Shown: one piece after another, positions 34,756-44,730 of the stretch
Layout: each line of letters begins with the position of its first letter
Position numbering within the stretch: the first letter of the stretch is position 1
Virus record (IMG/VR): IMGVR_UViG_3300045988_152778
Location: 1 to 64,000 of that record
DNA length: 64,000 nt
Strand: one strand, 5' to 3'
Source of the DNA: a virus
The notes under the pieces: model-generated
The model's database searches: none
What the model saw: the letters and a program-made list of their open reading frames with translations, nothing else
What the model was told of the DNA's origin: nothing
Program-made: the position numbers and the translations under genes

Positions 34756-35748
34756 ATGCAGGGCAAAAACATTAAAGTACACCTTAAAAGAAAAATAGGT
34801 GATTGGGTGTCGAGTGTTGATGACGAAGCCATAAAAGATGCTATTAGCGACAATGCTATTATAACTGGCGGTGCGATTGTGTCACTTCTTCAAGACGAGA
34901 AACCGCATGATTATGACGTATATTTCAGAAACGAAAAAGCGTTAATACAGGTGGCGGAATATTATGTCAAAAAATATACTGAATTTGTCAAGGATAAACT
35001 TGATGATAAAGGCGTAAAACCTACTGTACAGAGGTGCTATTGGAACAAATCGTCAGAGAGATGGACTGTATTAAAAGAAAACGATAAGAAACGAGACGAT
35101 GAGAGGGTGCGTGTTTTCGTTCGTAGTGTCGGAGCAGTTGGCGTTGACTATATTCCTCACGAGGAAACTGATGCCCAATATCGCAGAGCGATGGCGTTAA
35201 TAGGCAACGAGTTGAAGAAGAGCACTAAAATTTCGGTTGACGACTTACCGCCATACAGTCCGATATTTATTACAAATAATGCTATTACACTAAAAAATGG
35301 AGTTCAGATTGTACTTAGATTTTACGGAGAACCCGAAGAGATACATAAGAACTATGATTTCGTCCATTGTACTTCATATTGGACGAGCTGGAATAACGCA
35401 TTAGTTATGCCGCCGAGAGCTCTTGAGGCTATTATTAACAAAGAACTCTATTACATCGGTAGTAAATATCCGCTTTGCTCGGTAATTCGTGCGCGAAAGT
35501 TTTTAAAGCGCGGATGGAATATAAATGCAGGACAATATGTCAAAATGATACTACAGCTTAACGCTCTCGATCTTACTAATCTTCATGTTTTTGAAGAACA
35601 GCTTATCGGGGTTGATAGCGCGTATTTTGGCGCTGTTATTAATAAGGTAAACACACTACGAGAGGAAGGACAAAAGGTTGATGAGACTTATCTAATAAAC
35701 CTCATTAACGAAGTGTTTGATGAAGGCGTTGAGGAGAATTACGGTTAA
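34756..35748 (+). CDS. Pol-beta-superfamily nucleotidyltransferase (330 aa)
   Basis: ITGGAIVSLLQDEKPHDYDVYF fits hG[GS]-x(9-13)-D-x-D. Immediately downstream of the Pnkp-like gene. Confidence 0.45.
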   Translation: MQGKNIKVHLKRKIGDWVSSVDDEAIKDAISDNAIITGGAIVSLLQDEKPHDYDVYFRNEKALIQVAEYYVKKYTEFVKDKLDDKGVKPTVQRCYWNKSSERWTVLKENDKKRDDERVRVFVRSVGAVGVDYIPHEETDAQYRRAMALIGNELKKSTKISVDDLPPYSPIFITNNAITLKNGVQIVLRFYGEPEEIHKNYDFVHCTSYWTSWNNALVMPPRALEAIINKELYYIGSKYPLCSVIRARKFLKRGWNINAGQYVKMILQLNALDLTNLHVFEEQLIGVDSAYFGAVINKVNTLREEGQKVDETYLINLINEVFDEGVEENYG

Positions 35749-35793
35749 AATCCGAAATGGTTTTAATAATAAAAATGAAAAGGAGTAAAACAA

Positions 35794-36735
35794 ATGGGAT
35801 TTCAGAAAGCAAAAAGAGAACAGATTTGGCTTAAGGTGCTACTCGCGGGTCCAAGTGGAAGCGGTAAGACTTTTTCGGCGCTGAGACTGGCGAAGGGCAT
35901 AGCCGCCGCTGCGGGTGGTAGAGTTGCCGCAATCGACACGGAGAATGGTCGTATAAGATATTACGCAAATGAGTTCGACTTCGACGACCTTCAGCTTCAG
36001 GCTCCGTATACTCCCGAGAAATACATTCAGGCTATTGAGGATGCGGTTGACGGCGGATATAAGGCTCTTGTTATCGACAGCATAACTCATGAGTGGGATT
36101 ACTGTGTTGATTATCACGACAAGATGCCGGGCAATTCTTATACCAACTGGGGTAAGGTAACTCCGAGACATGACGCCTTTATGGAAAAGGTTCTTCAGTC
36201 TCCTATACATATTATATCCACCGTTAGAGGCAAGGACACTTATGTTCTTGAGGATAGAAACGGAAAACAGGTTCCTAAGAAAGTCGGTATGGGCTACAAG
36301 CAGAGAGATAACACGGAGTACAACTACACTCTAACCTTTAATATCGCGCAGGACACCCACATAGCGGAAGCTCAGAAAGATAATACACACCTCTTCGAGG
36401 GCAGATACGATGTGCTGACCGAGCGCGACGGCAAGGCTCTGTTTGACTGGGCAAACGCTGGCGACGCCCCCGCTCCGAAGCCGGTTAATAAATCCACCGC
36501 AGAGGAAGAGCCGGTTGCAGATGTTCCTGTGGCTGAGAAGTCTAAGATAGAAATGGCTATAGACAGCATTAACAAAATCGCTAAAGAACTTGCAGACCGT
36601 GGTGTGGCGAAGAAAATAATTTCAGATATAATCAAGTCGGTTTCGGGCAGTGCAAACTATAATAAGATAACTGACCTTGAGGTAGCGACAGATGTTTATA
36701 AGGAGCTTGTAGCCCTTAAAAATAAGGAGGATTAA
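35794..36735 (+). CDS. Sak4-like (AAA_24) phage recombination/ssDNA-annealing ATPase
   Basis: KVLLAGPSGSGKTFSAL Walker A, ALVIDSITHEW Walker B/sensor. Typical position ahead of SSB. Confidence 0.7.
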   Translation: MGFQKAKREQIWLKVLLAGPSGSGKTFSALRLAKGIAAAAGGRVAAIDTENGRIRYYANEFDFDDLQLQAPYTPEKYIQAIEDAVDGGYKALVIDSITHEWDYCVDYHDKMPGNSYTNWGKVTPRHDAFMEKVLQSPIHIISTVRGKDTYVLEDRNGKQVPKKVGMGYKQRDNTEYNYTLTFNIAQDTHIAEAQKDNTHLFEGRYDVLTERDGKALFDWANAGDAPAPKPVNKSTAEEEPVADVPVAEKSKIEMAIDSINKIAKELADRGVAKKIISDIIKSVSGSANYNKITDLEVATDVYKELVALKNKED

Positions 36736-36741
36736 TTATTT

Positions 36742-37158
36742 ATGGTAGAGAATAATGTAACAATCATCGGTAGACTTACGGGCGACGTAGAAATAAGAAC
36801 CGCCGGTAACACAGACAACAGAGTGGCGAATTTCACTGTAGCTGTTAATCGTCCCAAAAGAAAGGACGCAGAAGACGAAGCAGATTTCATCCGTGTCAGG
36901 GCGTGGAACTCAACCGCCGATTTTATCGAAAAGTATTTCGGCAAGGGTTCCAAGATAGGTGTCAGAGGTTCCATTCGTACAGACTCGTATAAAAACAAGG
37001 ACGGCGAGAACAGAAGCGTGACATATGTCCTTGCTGATGAGGTCTGCTTTATCGAGTCTAAGTCAACTTCCAACGGCAGTTCTGAACCGAAAGCAAAGGC
37101 GAGCACAAAGAAAGCAAATGTTGATGTCACTGCTGACGATGACGATCTGCCGTTCTGA
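36742..37158 (+). CDS. ssb: Single-stranded DNA-binding protein
   Basis: OB-fold start MVENNVTIIGRLTGDVEIRTAGN...ANFTVAVNR and the acidic C-terminal tail DDDDLPF characteristic of bacterial/phage SSB. Confidence 0.85.
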   Translation: MVENNVTIIGRLTGDVEIRTAGNTDNRVANFTVAVNRPKRKDAEDEADFIRVRAWNSTADFIEKYFGKGSKIGVRGSIRTDSYKNKDGENRSVTYVLADEVCFIESKSTSNGSSEPKAKASTKKANVDVTADDDDLPF

Positions 37159-37166
37159 TAAGGTAT

Positions 37167-37919
37167 ATGGAAAAATACAGCTTTTCTAAGTTGTCTTCTT
37201 TCCATCAGTGTCCGTTGCAATATTGGTATACATATATAGCTCGTGAGCAGGGAGAAAATAATGCTTTCGCACAGTACGGAAGTTTCGTTCACTCCCTGCT
37301 CGAACGCTGGGGCAAAGATGAACTTGCCGAGTATGAGTTGCTGGGTGAATATGAAGATAAGTTCTTCGACCGCGTAACTCAGGAATTTCCACCCAACAAA
37401 TACACCGACTTGAGTAAGAAATATTACGACGACGGCGTACAGTTTTTGTCAAACTTCGAGGGCGTGGATGCGAAAGAGATACTCGGTGTAGAAGAACACT
37501 TCGAGGAGCCAATTGCGGCGGCGGACGGAAGAGACAGCTTCATCATTCAGGGCTTTATAGACCTTATATACATAGACTCGGCGGGACGGTTGGTAGTTCA
37601 CGACTGGAAATCAAAAGCAAAATTTAAAAACCCCGCCGAGCAGAAGAAGTATGCGAGACAGTTATACATATATTCAATTTATGTCAAGCTGAGATATGGT
37701 AAGTTCCCCGATCTACTGAGATTCCATATGTTCCGTAACAGCAAAGATGTAGATATCAAGTTCAACATTGACGACTATTACGAAGCAATAAACTGGATGC
37801 AGGAGACGGTAAAGGAAATCCGGGATTGCGGTGAGTTTGAAAGCCGACCGGATGATTTTTATTGCCAATATCTGTGCGACATGAGACTAAAATGCTGTGG
37901 GGAGACGGCAACGAAGTAG
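37167..37919 (+). CDS. PD-(D/E)XK nuclease, Cas4/RecB-like exonuclease with Fe-S Cys cluster
   Basis: N-terminus YSFSKLSSFHQCPLQYWYTY (Cas4/RecB-type). Core DLIY...HDWKSK (D...E-x-K). C-terminal CQYLCDMRLKCCGE cysteines. Confidence 0.65.
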   Translation: MEKYSFSKLSSFHQCPLQYWYTYIAREQGENNAFAQYGSFVHSLLERWGKDELAEYELLGEYEDKFFDRVTQEFPPNKYTDLSKKYYDDGVQFLSNFEGVDAKEILGVEEHFEEPIAAADGRDSFIIQGFIDLIYIDSAGRLVVHDWKSKAKFKNPAEQKKYARQLYIYSIYVKLRYGKFPDLLRFHMFRNSKDVDIKFNIDDYYEAINWMQETVKEIRDCGEFESRPDDFYCQYLCDMRLKCCGETATK

Positions 37920-38011
37920 CATAAAGTAAAGGAGGTTGATGATTTATACAGGTATTAAAAAGCGATATTCAAAGAGCGAAAGAGAAATTAGGGGATAGAA
38001 ATGCTGAGATT

Positions 38012-39892
38012 ATGGTTAAGTTGCTCGGTATTACGAACTGGAATCCCTCAAGAAGAGTCGGGTGTTGCCCGAACCCCGAACACATAGACAAGAATCCGTC
38101 GTGCTCGTATAACCCCAAGACTTATTCTTTTCATTGCTTTGCGTGTGGCTTTACCTGTGACATCATAGATGCCTATATCACATCCAAGAAGTGTACTTTT
38201 CTTGAAGCGTGTGAGATGCTTTTTGATGAGGCGGGTATACAGTATTCATTCGCAGAGCGCGGAACAAAAGACAGGGCATACAAATACCCCAAGCCCAAGT
38301 ACGCCGACAACAAAGAAGAGGTGTATAAGTATTGGCGGAAGAGAAAAATATCACCTGAAACAATAGATTATCTGAATATACAGCAGGACGAAAAAGGAAA
38401 CACCTTGTTCCAGTATTTCGACCTGAATGACGTGCTCGTAATGTGTAAAGTCCGCAAGTCACGCGCAGTGCCTCACGGTGAACTTAAGATATGGTATCTC
38501 GAAAACAGCGATTGCTGTAATGTCCTTTACAACATCAATAAAATAAATACCACTCAGCCGTTGATAATATGTACCGGCGAAGGCGACTGTGCCGCACTCA
38601 TTGAGTGCGGTTTTTACAACTCCGTAAGCATTAACGGCGGCGACCAGAATACGAAGTGGATTGAAGAGTGCTGGGATTTTCTGCAAGAGTTTGAAGAAAT
38701 CATCCTCGTCCACGACAACGACAGAAGCGGCGAGGAATACATAAAGAAAGTTGCTCCGAGGTTGGGCGAATATCGTGTCAAGGTTGCGGAAATCCCATTG
38801 TCTCACACCAATACAGACGGTGAGAAAGTTCGCATAAAAGACATAAACGAACTGCTGTTCTTTGAGGGGAAAGAGGCGGTCAGAGATGTAATCAATAACG
38901 CGAAAGAGTCTGAGATTCCCGCGATAGTCGATTACACCGAAGTAAAGAGATTTGATATGTCGGATGTCGAGGGATTTACAACGGGCTTTGAAGATTTGGA
39001 CGCTGCGCTCGGCAAGAACTATATGGGTTCTACAACGCTCATAACCGGAATAGCTTCTGCGGGTAAAAGCTCTCTGATATCGACGCTTGTATGCCGATCT
39101 ATAGAGCAGGGTTATCCTTGTTTTATATACAGCGGAGAGCTTTCAAACCCGTCGTTGAAAAACTGGATTGACTTTGTTCACGCAGGACAGCGGGGGCTTG
39201 AAGAAGTGCAGGGCGAACACGGCAAGTATTACAGAATCAAGTCTGATGTGTACAGAAAAATCAATTCCTATTATCGCGGACAGCTTTACTTCTACAAAGA
39301 TTCGTTCTCGCATAAGACCGAAGACCTCCTCGCGACGGCGGAGAGTGCGGTAAGAAGGCTTGGAGTAAAAACGGTATTCTTCGACAATCTCACATCTGTG
39401 GATCTGTCGTGCGACGATAACTCAAAGTGGACTAAGCAGGAAGATTTTATAAGACAAATCATTGACTTTGCAAAACGATGGAATGTAGCTTGCTTTGTGG
39501 TTATTCACCCGAAGAAAATGGAGCAGGTACGCAAGATGAGCATCTTTGACCTACAGGGCGTCGCTGCTGCTGCCAACCTTGCACAGCGTGTTATATCGCT
39601 GTACCGAGTATCACCTAAAGATAAAAAGGGTGTTGTTGGCAGAAACGGCAAGTTCATTACGCCGCCCATGAAAGGCAGTGTTGTCCTTGAAGTTCTCAAA
39701 GACCGATATGGTAGTGCGAACAACAAGGAATTTGCTCTGTACTACGACAACCCGAGTAAGAGATTCTACACAACGCCGCAGAATCTTGCCCATGCTTATG
39801 GGTGGGAAGTCGCCGACGGCGTGACAAGTGCGGAGTTGCCTTATGGCACTCCTGCTTATGACGAAGATATGGACGAGGAGGTGTTTGGTTGA
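38012..39892 (+). CDS. Bifunctional DNA primase/helicase (zinc-ribbon + TOPRIM primase fused to DnaB-family helicase)
   Basis: Zinc-binding CCPNPEHIDKNPSCSYN...FHCFACG. TOPRIM LIICTGEGDCAALIECGFYNSVSINGG and ILVHDNDRSGEE. Helicase Walker A TLITGIASAGKSSLIS and Walker B VFFDNLTS. Confidence 0.8.
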   Translation: MVKLLGITNWNPSRRVGCCPNPEHIDKNPSCSYNPKTYSFHCFACGFTCDIIDAYITSKKCTFLEACEMLFDEAGIQYSFAERGTKDRAYKYPKPKYADNKEEVYKYWRKRKISPETIDYLNIQQDEKGNTLFQYFDLNDVLVMCKVRKSRAVPHGELKIWYLENSDCCNVLYNINKINTTQPLIICTGEGDCAALIECGFYNSVSINGGDQNTKWIEECWDFLQEFEEIILVHDNDRSGEEYIKKVAPRLGEYRVKVAEIPLSHTNTDGEKVRIKDINELLFFEGKEAVRDVINNAKESEIPAIVDYTEVKRFDMSDVEGFTTGFEDLDAALGKNYMGSTTLITGIASAGKSSLISTLVCRSIEQGYPCFIYSGELSNPSLKNWIDFVHAGQRGLEEVQGEHGKYYRIKSDVYRKINSYYRGQLYFYKDSFSHKTEDLLATAESAVRRLGVKTVFFDNLTSVDLSCDDNSKWTKQEDFIRQIIDFAKRWNVACFVVIHPKKMEQVRKMSIFDLQGVAAAANLAQRVISLYRVSPKDKKGVVGRNGKFITPPMKGSVVLEVLKDRYGSANNKEFALYYDNPSKRFYTTPQNLAHAYGWEVADGVTSAELPYGTPAYDEDMDEEVFG

Positions 39893-42800
39893 CAGACAAC
39901 TTAGTAATTTATCATCTACATAGTGATAACAGTCTGCTGGATAGTTGCACGGGCTACAAGCTGTATATCGACAGAGCCGCTGAACTTGGACAACCAGCTA
40001 TAGCGTTCAGCGAACACGGAAAACCACTCAACTGGGTCAAGAAAAAGATGTATTGTGACGAAAAAGGAATTAAATACATTCACGGCGTTGAGATATATTT
40101 AACCGAAAGCCTTGACGAAAGGGTTAGGGATAACTACCACACGGTGCTTTTGGCTCGGAACGAACAGGGCGTGAAAGAACTCAACCTTGCAGTGTCGAAA
40201 TCATGCGATAAAGACCACTTTTATTATGTAAATAGATTGAGTTTTGACGAGTTTCTGAAGCTGTCCAACAACATTATCACGACGAGCGCGTGTCTTGCAA
40301 GTCCTCTAAATAAGCTTCCTATAGACCATCCGATGTACGAGAGTCTTGTCAAGCGATATGACTTCCTTGAGATACAGGCACATGACTGTCAGGAGCAGAG
40401 AGACTTTAATGTGCATTTGGCGGAGCTTGCGAAGAAGTACAGTAAACCGCTGATAGCAGGAACCGATACTCACTCGCTTGACAAATATAAAGCCGAGTGC
40501 CGCAAGATATTGCTTAAATATAAAAACAAGTCCTACGGCGACGAAGATACATACGACCTTACATATAAGTCCCGCGAAGAGTTGGACGCTGCATTTGCAA
40601 GGCAAGGCGTTCTACCTCCCGAGCTTTACAGACAGGCTATGGACAACACGCTTGTAATGGCTGACATGGTAGAACCGTTCGAGCTTGATACATCTATTAA
40701 ATACCCGATACTGTACGGGTCGGCTGAAGAGGATAGCCGAATAGAAGCTGAGCGTGTTGACCGAATGTTCAAAGAGAAGCTTGAGACAGGGGTTATACCG
40801 CCTGAGCAGGAAGATGGTTTTAGGTCGGCGTTAGTGGAAGAAAGACGAGTTTTTGAGAAGCTTGGTATGAGTGGTTTTATGCTCTGTATGAGCGAGTTGA
40901 TATGTTGGTGCAAAGAAAATGATGTACCGGTTGGTCCCGGGCGAGGTTCTGCGGGTGGTTCGAGAACCGCTTTTGTTACAGATATAATTGACTGTAATCC
41001 GGAGCAGTGGCATACAGTATTCTCTCGTTTTGCAAACGAAGATAGGAAAGAAATTGGGGACATCGACGTCGATGTTAAGAAGACCGACCAACCCAAAGTC
41101 TTTAATTACATATATAAGCGTTTCGGGGCTCGTAAGACGTCGAGAGTCCCGTCGTTCGGAACTTTACAGAAAAGCGCTGTTATAAAATGTGTCGGCAACG
41201 CTCTTGCAAAATATTGGGAAGAAGAGAGAACCGGCAAACCTTTTAGACCCGCTGATAAATTTTCGCCAGACAATCCGTATTCTCTGTCTAATGTGGATAA
41301 GATTGCAAGTCAGTTCGCAACGGACGAGGGCGGTACAAGGACTAAATTTCCTAAACTTTTTTACTATTACGATGGGCTTTTAGATACGAAAGTTTCTCAG
41401 TCGATTCATGCTGCGGGTATAGTAATCAGCCCGTTAACCCTCGATGATACATATGGGGTCTTCGATAAGGATGGCGACCCGTGCCTTTTTATAGATATGG
41501 ACGAGTTGCACGAAGTCGGAGCGGCAAAGTTTGACTTTCTCCCGCTTAGTAATGTTGGAATTATTAGCGATACCTGTAAACTCGCGGGTATACATTATCC
41601 GCGTATGAATGAGATTAATTTTGACGACCAAGCAGTATGGAAAGATATGCTAAGAAGTCCCGTAGGAATTTTTCAGATGGAATCATCTTTTGCGTTCTCG
41701 CTGTTAAAGACGTTTGAGCCCCATTCAATTTTTGATATGGCTTTGGTGACAGCCGCTATTCGACCGTCGGGAGCTTCGTATAGAGATAGGCTAATGAAAA
41801 AGATTCCTAATAAAAACCCGTCAAAGGAAATAGACGAGCTCCTTAAGAATAACTTGGGGTATCTAATATTTCAGGAGGATATTATAGCGTTTCTTCAGCA
41901 AATGTGTGGGTTGTCAGGTAGTGAGGCTGATAATGTTAGACGGGCTATAGGGCGTAAAGACGCCGAGAGGTTAGAGAAAGCAATACCAAAGATACTTAAC
42001 GGGTATTGTGAGCATTCGAGTAAACCAAGAAAAGAAGCAGAAGAGGATGCGAAGGCTTTCTTAAAGGTAATCGAGGACGCATCTGAGTACAGTTTTGGTT
42101 ACAACCACGCTGTAGAATATTGTCTTACGGGGTATTTGTGTGCATATCTTCGCAAATATTATCCCTGTGAATTTATTACGACTTATCTGAACAGAGCTGC
42201 CAAAGAAGAGGATGTCGTCAACGGTACTACGCTTGCCGCCGAATATGGGTTTAAGGTAACACCTCCTCGTTTCGGCGCGTCGAGAGATGTCTTCTATTTT
42301 AACAAGGAGAAAAAAGAAATAGCAAAGGGGTTGACGAGTGTTAAGTATATGTCCGCTGCTCTTGCAAATGAGCTGTATGACATATACGACGAGGTAAAAG
42401 GGAAGCCGTTTATGGAAGTTCTCAAAGCTCTCTCGAAAACCTCTATTGATGCGCGTCAGCTCGATATCCTGATTAAAATTGGCTACTTTGAAGAGTTCGG
42501 GAACATGGGAGAGCTATTGAAGCTTGTGCAAGTGTACTCGTTCTTCAAAAACGGAACTGCAAAATCTGTTAGCAAGTCCAAGGTTGTAGGTTTCCTTACG
42601 GATATCATCTCAGATTATGCGACGGATAAGGGTGTCAAGGGGAACGAGCTTAAGTCCTATACAATAACCGATATGGATGGGCTTTTAGCTACCTGTGAAG
42701 AGCAAATCAGAAAATCAGATGTTCCGGACTTAACCCTTAAAGTCAAAATACAGAATAGTATCGAGTATCTTGGCTATGTTGGTATTCAGACCGGACTGCC

Positions 42801-43038
42801 CGAAGACAGGAGAAGGCTTTTGATAACAGAAGTATTCCCCATGCGTGGACAGAATGGCGTACCGTGGGGATATAAAGTGAATACGCAGAGTCTGGGTACA
42901 GGTAAGCAGTCGTCGTTGACGATACCGGTGAGAATATATGCCGAGAATCAGGTAGCAAAGGGCGATATTGTTTACGCCGAAAACTGCTACAAGAATCCAA
43001 AAGGATATTGGTATCTTAATTCCTATAGAAAGATATGA
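39889..43038 (+). CDS. DNA polymerase III alpha-subunit-like replicative polymerase (DnaE/PolC family, PHP domain N-terminal)
   Basis: PHP motif IYHLHSDNSLLDSCTGYK...AFSEHG. Polymerase core GPGRGSAGGSRTAFVTDI and IGDIDVDV (PDX-type acidic motif). 1049 aa. Confidence 0.8.
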   Translation: MTDNLVIYHLHSDNSLLDSCTGYKLYIDRAAELGQPAIAFSEHGKPLNWVKKKMYCDEKGIKYIHGVEIYLTESLDERVRDNYHTVLLARNEQGVKELNLAVSKSCDKDHFYYVNRLSFDEFLKLSNNIITTSACLASPLNKLPIDHPMYESLVKRYDFLEIQAHDCQEQRDFNVHLAELAKKYSKPLIAGTDTHSLDKYKAECRKILLKYKNKSYGDEDTYDLTYKSREELDAAFARQGVLPPELYRQAMDNTLVMADMVEPFELDTSIKYPILYGSAEEDSRIEAERVDRMFKEKLETGVIPPEQEDGFRSALVEERRVFEKLGMSGFMLCMSELICWCKENDVPVGPGRGSAGGSRTAFVTDIIDCNPEQWHTVFSRFANEDRKEIGDIDVDVKKTDQPKVFNYIYKRFGARKTSRVPSFGTLQKSAVIKCVGNALAKYWEEERTGKPFRPADKFSPDNPYSLSNVDKIASQFATDEGGTRTKFPKLFYYYDGLLDTKVSQSIHAAGIVISPLTLDDTYGVFDKDGDPCLFIDMDELHEVGAAKFDFLPLSNVGIISDTCKLAGIHYPRMNEINFDDQAVWKDMLRSPVGIFQMESSFAFSLLKTFEPHSIFDMALVTAAIRPSGASYRDRLMKKIPNKNPSKEIDELLKNNLGYLIFQEDIIAFLQQMCGLSGSEADNVRRAIGRKDAERLEKAIPKILNGYCEHSSKPRKEAEEDAKAFLKVIEDASEYSFGYNHAVEYCLTGYLCAYLRKYYPCEFITTYLNRAAKEEDVVNGTTLAAEYGFKVTPPRFGASRDVFYFNKEKKEIAKGLTSVKYMSAALANELYDIYDEVKGKPFMEVLKALSKTSIDARQLDILIKIGYFEEFGNMGELLKLVQVYSFFKNGTAKSVSKSKVVGFLTDIISDYATDKGVKGNELKSYTITDMDGLLATCEEQIRKSDVPDLTLKVKIQNSIEYLGYVGIQTGLPEDRRRLLITEVFPMRGQNGVPWGYKVNTQSLGTGKQSSLTIPVRIYAENQVAKGDIVYAENCYKNPKGYWYLNSYRKI

Positions 43039-43226
43039 GGTGCAAAATGAAGCCACAATCCAAGAGAGATAAAAGAGCTCAGATTCTTTACGATGAATTA
43101 CAGTATTGGGGTTTAATTAGTTATGAGTCGGATATGAGAGCTGTAAAAGCTATTGCTAATGAGTTGCCTCAAAGAATGTTAGTAAGGGTCATTTCGAAAT
43201 TAAGAAGGATGCGCGGCGCTTCGTGA
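43035..43226 (+). CDS. Hypothetical protein (63 aa)
   Basis: ORF-track ORF overlapping the polymerase stop. Confidence 0.4.
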   Translation: MRCKMKPQSKRDKRAQILYDELQYWGLISYESDMRAVKAIANELPQRMLVRVISKLRRMRGAS

Positions 43227-43230
43227 GGTA

Positions 43231-43491
43231 TTGAATCGAGTTTATCGAAACACAGATGATTGCGAAATGCGTCTTGTTCATAATGCGGGCGAGGGTTGGA
43301 TAATGGATATTGAGAAGCCAGTTAAGGTAGCGCTTGATAGCGCGGTTATGGTTGTAGGTGGTGCGCGTGGCACCATTGATGTAAGTGCTGCGACATTAAC
43401 AGATATGGTTGAGTCGGTTAAGGCAGTTAATGATAAGCTTTATGAGATTGCTTATAAAGACGGTAATCTTGAAATGAAAGAAATAAAATGA
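43231..43491 (+). CDS. Hypothetical protein (86 aa)
   Basis: ORF-track ORF. Confidence 0.4.
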   Translation: MNRVYRNTDDCEMRLVHNAGEGWIMDIEKPVKVALDSAVMVVGGARGTIDVSAATLTDMVESVKAVNDKLYEIAYKDGNLEMKEIK

Positions 43492-43528
43492 TGGTTGCGC
43501 GCAACTGTAGGAAAGGAGATTAGGTAGC

Positions 43529-43816
43529 ATGATGATTTATGTGATACCTAAAGACGATGATAAACCTATTAAAATCGTTTTTGAGGGTGGGAAAGGGTCT
43601 AATCCCATAGTAGAGGATGATCAGGTATATTTTATTGATGAGCACCCAAGTCCTGAAGAAGTTGGAAAAGCGTTTAGAACATTATATGAAAGATTAATGT
43701 CTATAGAAGAAGGAGTTTTCGAGAAGCAGATACCAAAGAAGCCGATAAACGAAGGGTGCTATTACTTATGTCCTTGTTGCGGACGTGCGCTTGACTGGTC
43801 GGAGGTAAAAAAATGA
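43529..43816 (+). CDS. Hypothetical protein with C-terminal CxxC pair (95 aa)
   Basis: RBS GGAAAGGAGATTAGGTAGC-ATG. ...CYYLCPCCGRALDW. Confidence 0.45.
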   Translation: MMIYVIPKDDDKPIKIVFEGGKGSNPIVEDDQVYFIDEHPSPEEVGKAFRTLYERLMSIEEGVFEKQIPKKPINEGCYYLCPCCGRALDWSEVKK

Positions 43817-44205
43817 GTGATTATATTGACCGCGATGAATTGATAAAACACGTCAAAGATTTACCGACATGGTGGGAAGACGGCGGTGGCGTGTATGGAC
43901 CGCCCATGAAATATCCAGAGGGTCTTTTCTATCCGGAAGATGTGATAGCGAGTATTGAGAACGCTCCTGCTGCTGATGTACAAGAGATTAAACACGGCGA
44001 GTGGATTGAGGACGGCTATTACGATATTCCTTGCGTGTGTTCGTGCTGTGGAGCGGAAGCGCAATATATAAGCACCTTTAAAGAAACATTTGACTATGAC
44101 TGGGAAGAAAACTTATGCCCTACAGGGTACGAAGAAATAAGAGAATATATTAAAACACCGTTTTGCTCTAACTGCGGCGCAAAAATGGACGGAGGCAAAA
44201 AATGA
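43813..44205 (+). CDS. Hypothetical protein with zinc-ribbon (130 aa)
   Basis: ...CVCSCCGAEA...CSNCGAKMDGG. Confidence 0.45.
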   Translation: MSDYIDRDELIKHVKDLPTWWEDGGGVYGPPMKYPEGLFYPEDVIASIENAPAADVQEIKHGEWIEDGYYDIPCVCSCCGAEAQYISTFKETFDYDWEENLCPTGYEEIREYIKTPFCSNCGAKMDGGKK

Positions 44206-44426
44206 GCTTAGGAAGCGATTATTTAGCTGAATATGCGTTTGAGCGGGATTATCCACACGGGGTCAACGGCGACGAGTGGAGAGATACTTGTGGCGTAGTA
44301 CACAAGCTTAAAGATATGTCGGAGTCATATATTAAAAATGTGATGAGGTTCATTGGTGAAGATGACGACTTTTGGTATGCGTGTGAGGCTGAGCTAAATA
44401 GGAGACTGGACTATGACAGACATTAA
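44202..44426 (+). CDS. Hypothetical protein (74 aa)
   Basis: ORF-track ORF, overlapping stops and starts. Confidence 0.4.
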   Translation: MSLGSDYLAEYAFERDYPHGVNGDEWRDTCGVVHKLKDMSESYIKNVMRFIGEDDDFWYACEAELNRRLDYDRH

Positions 44427-44730
44427 TGTGGTAAAAGAAAGAGTGATTGAAGAATTAAAAAAGCAGGGTATAGATGTGTACTTCATCGACTTCTATGTTG
44501 ACGACGGCGGCGAGCCGTATTTTGTTTACACCTTCGACGAGTTGATGATAGAAGAAGCGACTGAGTATTATAAAAACAATTGGATAATCGAAGGTGCGTT
44601 TGACGATTGGTCTTTTTGGTATGCAGATGAACCGGACGATTGGCTTGTCGCAGATATATGTGACACAATCAAACACAGAAACAGGAGGGAACAACAATGC
44701 GTGAAAACAAATACACACCGGAAGATTTAA
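44413..44730 (+). CDS. Hypothetical acidic protein (105 aa)
   Basis: ORF-track ORF. Confidence 0.4.
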   Translation: MTDINVVKERVIEELKKQGIDVYFIDFYVDDGGEPYFVYTFDELMIEEATEYYKNNWIIEGAFDDWSFWYADEPDDWLVADICDTIKHRNRREQQCVKTNTHRKI

